From the NCBI GenBank assembly GCA_951406725.2, contig OX597816.1:83886001-83950000 (forward strand): a DNA stretch of 64,000 bases. Direction: 5' to 3'. Below are positions 55,159 to 64,000 of this stretch, piece after piece. A program made the translations under genes and the position numbers. The notes below the pieces were generated by a model. It did no database searches, was not told the origin of the DNA, and saw only the letters and a program-made list of their open reading frames with translations. Each line of letters starts with the position of its first letter. The stretch's first letter is position 1. The stretch comes from Octopus vulgaris. Lineage: Eukaryota.

Positions 55159-55542
55159 CTAGCAGTATCGCCCGGCGTTGCTCAGGTTTGTAAGGGAAAT
55201 AACTATAAAGCATTTTTAGAGAGTTACAGCCAAAAAATAGCAAAAAAATGGAAAAAAAATGATGGTAAATTTTTTTTGAGAGTTAAAAATGGTGGAGTCG
55301 CGTCCCCTAGACGGTCTGTGGTTTGGGTTTCTGATTCTCGACCCCATGGCGAATTTATCGATTTTTTTCAGAACTGGGGGAACTTTTCAAAATTTTAGCT
55401 GCGTTAGTTTTGAATTATGACATTGGGCTATGTGTGTGTCAAGTTTCATCAGAATCGGTTGAAAGCCGTGGTCAGAGTGAGGGTAAGAGAAAACAGACAC
55501 ACAGAAAACGCACAGACAAACTGCCGTTTATATATAGAGAGA
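55159..55542 (-). mobile_element. Non-autonomous Helitron
   Basis: Minus strand begins TC(tctctatatataaa) and ends CTAG, between host A (55543) and T (55158), with no TSD. An imperfect GC-rich hairpin (cctgagcaacgccggg) lies just upstream of CTAG. Confidence 0.85.
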
Positions 55543-55899
55543 TGACATAAAATATATACGAATAGATATTACATCTATTCATATATACATATATATATAT
55601 GTGTGTGTATGTGTTTATATGCTTGTGTATATGGAGATATATATACATATGTATGTATGATGTATGTATGTTTGTATGTATGCATGTATATATGTATTGT
55701 ACAACATTTATCCGTTCAGTATTGACAGTCTGAAGAAAGATTACTAAATACTATATTAGAGATTAATTTAATATTTTTTACTGTAATCAAAGCTCAGGGT
55801 TATGAAGCATTTTATGAATTGTAACTTGTCTGAAACCCTTGGGCACCCCGATTTACACTCAGAGACGCATGTGAGTGTCTTGACCAATATACATATATG

Positions 55900-55939
<40 letters not shown>

Positions 55940-55950
55940 TATACACACAT

Positions 55951-55996
<46 letters not shown>

Positions 55997-56604
55997 ACGT
56001 ACTTACTAAAAATACTCCATAGTTCGTAGATGAGATAGCAGAAATGTTGTGAAAAAAGACAGGGGAATACGTTGACGTGTCTAGTGCTTACACCTGGGAT
56101 AGATATTTCCTCCCAAGAAGTGGAACGTCCCTCTATAGGAGGACCGTGAGTCCCATTTTTTTCAGCCAGACTAAGAACACAACAATGTCACAGATGAAGG
56201 TCTGATACTTCACCACATTCCATTTCTTCAACCAAAACCCTTAGAGATGTGAATATATTTAAAACACTAAGTTTTAACTTATCTGACATGCCTGAGGAAC
56301 ACGTATCGGCATTTAAAAAGTGCAAATTAGTGTGGCGATGCAAAAATCAGACAGGGAATGAGGGCAGTAGAAATGAGATGAAATGAAATTTAAATCATAA
56401 AACTGGTGTCCAAAAATCGCCATATCATCCGGTTCAAACAAGTGCAAGTAACAGTTACACGATTAGGTGTCTGTGGGTGTATACACGTACTGATTCAAAA
56501 GTCATAGAATATATCGTTAAACGTCAACGAGTATAACGTATTTGACAAACCACTTCGGTGCTAGTCTATCTCATTTGCAGTGAGAATAATAGCAATAGTA
56601 ACAA

Positions 56605-56800
56605 TGTCTTTGAATTTTGGCAGAAGATCAGCAATTTCGAGGGGTGGGGGAAAGTAAGCCGATTACATCGACCCCAGTGCTCAACAAGTATTTATTTGAT
56701 CGACATACAGAGTTGACCCCGGGTGGTTTTAAACTCGGAACTTGAAGAGAGGCGAAATGATGCTGAGCACTTCGGCCGGCTCGTCAACGATTCAACCACC
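56605..56800 (-). mobile_element. Degenerate SINE family A
   Basis: gattacatcgaccccagtgctcaac...tttaaactcggaac...gcacttcggccggc. Confidence 0.65.
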
Positions 56801-56819
56801 ACAACGAAATAGTAATAGC

Positions 56820-56865
<46 letters not shown>

Positions 56866-56986
56866 TCGATGATGATGATGATGATGATGATGATAACAGT
56901 AACTTCACCAAGAACAACGACAAAAATTATATTTGTATCAAGATGTTGGGTGGACAAAATGTTTTCAATTATCTCTCTCTCTCTCT

Positions 56987-57068
<82 letters not shown>

Positions 57069-57130
57069 ATACATGTAGCACTAATAATGAGAAAAATAAG
57101 GAAAAATATGTTCTGACCATTATTTTTACC

Positions 57131-57180
<50 letters not shown>

Positions 57181-57379
57181 TCTTACAATCGACAGGGCGA
57201 CAATAAACACACAGAGAGTCAAGAGCCCTTTGTGTTGATCTGCAACTTCTACTGTTTGTTGATAAAGAAGCGTATACCAATAATTTCTCTTTTTCTATTT
57301 TCATGTTTGCATCGCCAGTCATAACACACACGTGCGCACATATTGCACACACACATGTATAAGTGTGTACATATATATA

Positions 57380-57421
57380 TGTACGTATATATGTATATAT
57401 ATATATAAATATATATATATG

Positions 57422-57467
<46 letters not shown>

Positions 57468-57612
57468 TATATAAATAAATAAATAAATAAATATATAAAT
57501 AAATAAATAAATAAATATATAAATAAATAAATAAATAAATAAATATATATATAAATAAATAAATAAATAAATATATATATAAATAAATAAATAAATATAT
57601 ATATATAAATAA

Positions 57613-57698
<86 letters not shown>

Positions 57699-57705
57699 GT
57701 ATGTA
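57380..57705. repeat. (TA)n/(TAAA)n compound tract
   Basis: Read directly from the sequence. Confidence 0.95.
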
Positions 57706-57820
57706 TACCTGCTCGCTTGGCCAACGGGATGGCGTCATTTGAAGGCTAAAACAATGCGAAGCGCATTGTGACCAGCGATGCGTAGCAACATCTGATAGCC
57801 TGGTCGGCCACGTGACGTGG
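57706..57820 (+). mobile_element. Short repeat, probable RTE-type LINE 3' end
   Basis: Homologous to 50778-50905; ends ctggtcggccacgtgacgtg, like the tail at 63187-63307. Confidence 0.6.
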
Positions 57821-57995
57821 TATATATATATATACATATAATATATATATATATGCACACATACACACACACATATATATATGCATACATTTATATGTGT
57901 GTGTCTGTCTGCGTGTGTGTATGGGAGTGCGTGAGTCTGTATGCATTTTATCAATCCTTTTGTATGAAATATACAGGCATATGTCTATCTCTCTC

Positions 57996-58028
<33 letters not shown>

Positions 58029-58031
58029 ATG

Positions 58032-58065
<34 letters not shown>

Positions 58066-58217
58066 AATGCATATAGTCAGTTTGTATACATATGCACATA
58101 TGACTTTATACATAAATGCATGCTTATATACACTTGCATATAGATATTTGTGTGTTGTATATTTTACAAACACACATACATATGCAATAATATACAACAA
58201 TATGTGTATATGTAAAA

Positions 58218-58430
58218 GGCGGTGAGCTGGCAGAAAGGTTGGCACGCCGGGCGAAATGCTTGGCAGCATTTCATCTGTCTTTACGTTCTGATTTCAAATT
58301 CCGCCGCGGTCGACTTTACCTTTCTACCCGTCGGGGTCGATAAATTAAGTACCAGTTGCGTACTGTGGTCGATATAATTGACTGGCTCCTCCCCCCAAAT
58401 TTCGGGCTTTGTGCCAAGAGTACAAAAGAA
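58218..58430 (+). mobile_element. Full-length SINE family A
   Basis: Collinear with 5142-5351; flanked by an imperfect aatatgt...tatgtaaa repeat. Confidence 0.9.
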
Positions 58431-58547
58431 TATGTATTTGTATGTAAACACAAACATCTATGAATTCCCATATAACCACACACACACACAAATTTAGATA
58501 TATATTCCCAGACGTATTCATACACAAATCTCAACCTACATATGTAC

Positions 58548-58630
<83 letters not shown>

Positions 58631-58992
58631 ATTCTCTTAATACACACCCATATGCATACATACAGAAACAAATGCACACGCACATTCGCACATATATCTT
58701 TGAACATAGGTTTTTTTGAAATGTAATAAAATGAAAATGCCTCATATCAGAGAGGGTTTTAAGCAAACAAATTGTAGGATAACTAACAGTTGTGCTCTCG
58801 CATGACCGCATTTCACGAGCTGAAATAGGCAAGAGAACAAAAAATTAAAAGAGTATTGAAAAAGTTTATACTTAGATCTTAGAATGTCACCGAAATTATC
58901 TAAATAGAAAGATAATTCTATCTTAGTTAAAAAATCATTCTGTATATATTATGACTCTATCAAGTAATACATAAGGAAACTTTTAAATACAT

Positions 58993-59100
<108 letters not shown>

Positions 59101-59535
59101 TTATATATATATATATATTTATATGTATGCAAGTATGTAGGTATGCATAAGATAGCTTTACAGTTGCTAAGCTTTGTTTAGAATTCCATGTAATTCCATT
59201 GTAAACTTATTTCGTCCTTAGAATTTGATTTTGGTTTTATATTTAAATAGAGTACAAAGCGTATAAGCAAACAGCAGAATGGAACTTGTGATTATTTTAT
59301 TATTGTAATAAAAAATGTTATAATGAAGGAAATTTAAAATGTTTTTTAACATATGCAGATGTATTATCTATGCATACATATATATAATATATATATATAT
59401 AATATATATATGATACATGTACATACACAATGATGTATATAAGTATATTCATTCACAATTATGTATTCTACAACCGGCTGACAAATTTAACCATTTGCTA
59501 TAGCATGCAGATGTGTGTATACATACATACATACA

Positions 59536-59596
<61 letters not shown>

Positions 59597-59672
59597 CGAT
59601 GCACACACGTTTGATATATATATATTACATATAAATGTGTACATATATATACACATACATATACACACATGC

Positions 59673-59745
<73 letters not shown>

Positions 59746-59906
59746 TATATAAATACACACACACGAATACACAAATATACACGTATATTTATAACCAGAC
59801 ACTCACACAAGTACACTCTCTTTCTCTGTCTGTCTGTTTCTCTCTCTCTCTATATATGTATATATATATATTATATGTATATATGCACACACACACACCT
59901 ATGCGT

Positions 59907-59952
<46 letters not shown>

Positions 59953-60473
59953 ATTTGCGTACATATTTATTATTTTTATTGTTGTTCATAATTTTCGTTC
60001 ACGTGTAAATAGCTTTACATGTTACAGCGTTCAAACCTATTACAGAGGGCAGACTCCTACTCGTTGCCAAATCGCAGGTCAACTATCCAAAGTATGGCTT
60101 GTTCAAGCCGTCGTATCACGCTCCCACAAAAATAACATTAAAAAAAAAAAGGAATGAAAAAAAGAAAATCATAAACTAGCGTTGGAAAGTGAAAGCAAAG
60201 ACTAAACGCTTCAAACTACTACTCACTGATCGACAAAGCAACCCACGAGTAAATATGCAGTTATCTTGTGCTTTGAGAATATTATAATAGGTGTACGTAA
60301 ATACTTTTTAAGAGGTATATGACGGCACTTGTCACTGAATGTATGTATACACAGGTAGACGCGCACACACACTCATATGTATATATATATATATAAACAT
60401 ACACACGTACACATTTATGTACATATAGGTATATTCAAGCATATACATGCGTATATATCTATATTTATGTGAA

Positions 60474-60750
60474 GGCGCGTGGCAAAGGTATTCGGCTTGC
60501 GATCGTAGTCAGTACGTGAAGTCGATCCACGGTGGCGCGTGCGAGTTGTTGAGTAAGACACTTTGTTTCACGTTGCTCCAGTCCACTCAGCTGACAAAAA
60601 TGAGTTGTACCTGCAATTCCAAGGCCCAGCCTTCTCACAGGGTACGCACGTCTGTGACTGGCTCAGCCACTTGCACATTAATTTTACTGGCAGGCTGCAC
60701 CGTTAATCGGAAAAAAACTACTAAACTCGTCGTCGGAACAAACAGAATAT
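60474..60750 (+). mobile_element. SINE family C with internal deletions
   Basis: Collinear with 46136-46440. Confidence 0.85.
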
Positions 60751-60998
60751 CCAATTATGTATAATTATACATATATAAATATGTGTGTATGTGTGTGTGT
60801 GTATTTGTGCATATACATATATGTATCTTTATACAGACATATATGTATATTTGTACACTTCTCTCTCCCTCTAAACACACATTCACATAAACATACACAC
60901 ATATATGCAAACATACAAATCGCAATTTTATATATGCATAAAGCTTATATACATTCATATATCTAAATACATGTACATTTATACACAGATATACTGTA

Positions 60999-61059
<61 letters not shown>

Positions 61060-61074
<15 letters not shown>

Positions 61075-61269
61075 CTGTATTTGTTTATATATGCATACAT
61101 ATACACACACACATATGTAGAAGGTTGAACAGTAGAGGAATATGAAAGTATATATATATATATATATATATATACGGATACTTTCATATTCCTCTACTGT
61201 TCAACCTTCTACATATGTGTGTGTGTATATGTATGCATATATAAACAAATACAGTTACACACACACACA
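61060..61269. repeat. Perfect 92-bp inverted repeat with (TA)n spacer
   Basis: 61060-61151 is the exact reverse complement of 61178-61269. Confidence 0.97.
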
Positions 61270-61317
61270 ATGTGTGAGTGTATGTGTGTATGTATACTTA
61301 TGTAGCTATGTATATAT

Positions 61318-61386
<69 letters not shown>

Positions 61387-61476
61387 TGTTTATATATATA
61401 TATATACATATGCAAATGCACATACTTATATATACATAGCTACATAAGTATACATACACACATACACTCACACATT
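61269..61476. repeat. Perfect 53-bp inverted repeat with (GT)n/(TA)n spacer, abutting the previous one
   Basis: 61269-61321 is the exact reverse complement of 61424-61476. Confidence 0.97.
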
Positions 61477-61715
61477 ACACACAGGCACATAAGCATAGAA
61501 AAGGAAAGAGAGATAGATAAAGAGATAGAGGGATTTAAATGGAACAATGTAATAATGCAAGATATTTCTTATGCGTGTATCTCTCCCTGCATATAATTAC
61601 AATAAAATGCATTTTCTTAGAAACATAACATACGTTGTATATCATGCCATAAATACTACCACACACACATACACACACCACATAAATACATACATGCATA
61701 TATATGTATATATAC

Positions 61716-61753
<38 letters not shown>

Positions 61754-61766
61754 GTATATGTATATA

Positions 61767-61822
<56 letters not shown>

Positions 61823-61977
61823 GCAATGAGAATAACAGCATTCAATGAGAATAACAAGAATTGGCATATGATGCCGGAAATTATCGAGGCAACTAACTTG
61901 CGCATTCCAGAAAAATTACAAACACATACAAACATATTCACACCTTTGTGAATGTGTACACTCTTTCTTTGTGTATC

Positions 61978-62032
<55 letters not shown>

Positions 62033-62133
62033 TTACATGCACACACACATATACTCACGCATACATGTGCATACCCAAGCATTTACATATATACATATCT
62101 ATTTATCCAGCTGTCTATCAATCTCTCTCTCTC

Positions 62134-62185
<52 letters not shown>

Positions 62186-63024
62186 CACAAACGTGCAAGG
62201 GTGTATACTCATGTAAAATATATATTTATGCATATGTATACACGTGTGTATGTAATATATATACATATATTAATCACATCGATGCAATATACATACAAAG
62301 AGAGAGACATATTTAAGAAATTACATCTAATTTTCATAGATATATGATGTAAATATAAAACCGTATGTCTTAAATGATATTTACCTAAATATATATACAC
62401 ATGCATGGAAATGTGTTTACATGGTTATGATATTTTGTGCATGTTTATCTGTACATACCCGAATACGCCTGTTCATGTCTCTATATGTGTATGCAAGCTG
62501 TTTCCAAGTGTACGTATCTATGCACACACAGACATATATGTGTGTGAAATTAGACCGTTTGACATAGAAAAGATCTGGGTATTATCATGTATATATTTCA
62601 TGTGTTTATGGTATGTGTATGTATAAATATATCTGTTATTGCTATATAACAGTAAAAACGATGAAGCTATACGTCTAATGTTTAAGTTCCGATTGTGAGG
62701 AGAGGCTAGCGACGGATTTTGGCTAGATTGTATCGGGGACCAGAAATTGCTTATACATCAGATATTTATTCCAGTATCGTATATGTTGTCCGAGGAAAGG
62801 GAAACTGCCGAAACTCTTTGGCTCCTGTGACAGAGTAGGACTGAAGCCCATGTCTGACTGTCTTAAAGTCTCAGGATCTTAATACCGGTGTTAGTTATTA
62901 GCTGCAAAAGGCAGTTTTGACCACTCTGCGATTTGAACACGAAACCTAAAATGCAGATCAATAGCATTGCTGCTCTGTAGATTGTCGTTCTCTAGATTGC
63001 AACGGTGCACACATTTATAGACTT

Positions 63025-63068
<44 letters not shown>

Positions 63069-63186
63069 GGTGTGTATGTACATAAAATTATATATACATA
63101 TACGTAAATTATATATACATATATCAAATATATATATACACTCATACGCATGCACACACACATACACACATATGCATATATATATA

Positions 63187-63304
63187 TCACCTTGATCACC
63201 TTGACCGACCAGTCCGTCAGGCGTCCATTTGACACCGCTGTCCACTTCTCTCTGGATCGCGCCTTTCTCATCCTCGTGATCCCAATCGTCCCAGGAGGAC
63301 GATT

Positions 63305-63307
<3 letters not shown>
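63187..63307 (-). mobile_element. RTE-type LINE extreme 3' end inserted in (TA)n
   Basis: Minus strand ...TRMRKARSREKWTAV, resembling an RTE C-terminus, then the short tandem tail (caaggtgat)x2. Confidence 0.65.
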
Positions 63308-63354
<47 letters not shown>

Positions 63355-63604
63355 TATATACATACCTACATATATATATATATATATATAGATAGATATA
63401 TATACATATCATATGTGTACATATATATATTTATGTACACACACACAAATATCATATCATATATACCACACGTGAATATGTATATATAAAGATTATTCTG
63501 ACAAACAAATATGATCAACTAAATTTATACGAATATACTATTTATTATAGCGAATAAAATCTGATTACATCGTATTAAATACATTATCGAAGTAACAAGT
63601 TTCT

Positions 63605-63850
63605 TATTTCTTTATTGTCGACAAAGGGCTAAACATAGAGGAGACAAACAAGGACAGACAAAGGGATTAAATCGATTACATCGACCTCAATGCGTAACTA
63701 GTACTTCGTAACTGGTACTTAATTTATTGACCCCGAAAGGGATGAAAGGCAAAGTCGACCTCGGCGGAATTTGAACTCAGAACGAACAGCAGACGAAATA
63801 CTGCTAAGCATTTCGTCCGGCGTGCTAACGTTTCTGCCAGCTCGCCGCCT
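63605..63850 (-). mobile_element. Full-length SINE family A, subfamily with an alternative 3' end
   Basis: Head and core as in family A; the tail differs (ccctttgtctgtccttgtttgtctcctctatgtttagccc). TSD taacaagtttct at 63593-63604 and 63851-63862. Confidence 0.9.
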
Positions 63851-64000
63851 TAACAAGTTTCTATTCTTATTAAACCTTCATTAGAGAGAGAAAAAAGAAA
63901 TTCTTACATTCCATGGAATGCTTCATCATAGCTTTCTATAGTGCATGCCGACTAGGACTCAACAAATCTGGCCAGTCCAGTCGTACATATTCATAATTTT

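Overview
A 64-kb, AT-rich, gene-free stretch of animal DNA, saturated with microsatellites ((TA)n, (CA)n, (TACA)n, (TCTA)n, (TAA)n, (TAG)n). The SINE families and repeat density look like an Octopus (coleoid cephalopod) genome; this is my recognition, not a database result. I found no convincing host exon, and almost all track ORFs are microsatellite translations. Recognisable content: three tRNA-headed SINE families (my labels A, B, C), a decayed full-length mariner, mariner/pogo MITEs, a non-autonomous hAT with an 8-bp TSD, a non-autonomous Helitron, CR1-group, R4/Dong and RTE LINE fragments, and two Penelope-like GIY-YIG relics. The most notable structures are: (1) at least six local fold-back inverted duplications, from perfect to strongly diverged, three of them folded at or around a microsatellite; (2) a dispersed family carrying a minimal hammerhead-ribozyme-like motif with a non-canonical core (CUGUNGA-A); (3) an exact 134-bp local copy pasted into one of these elements 4 kb from its donor. 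Boundaries of decayed elements are approximate.
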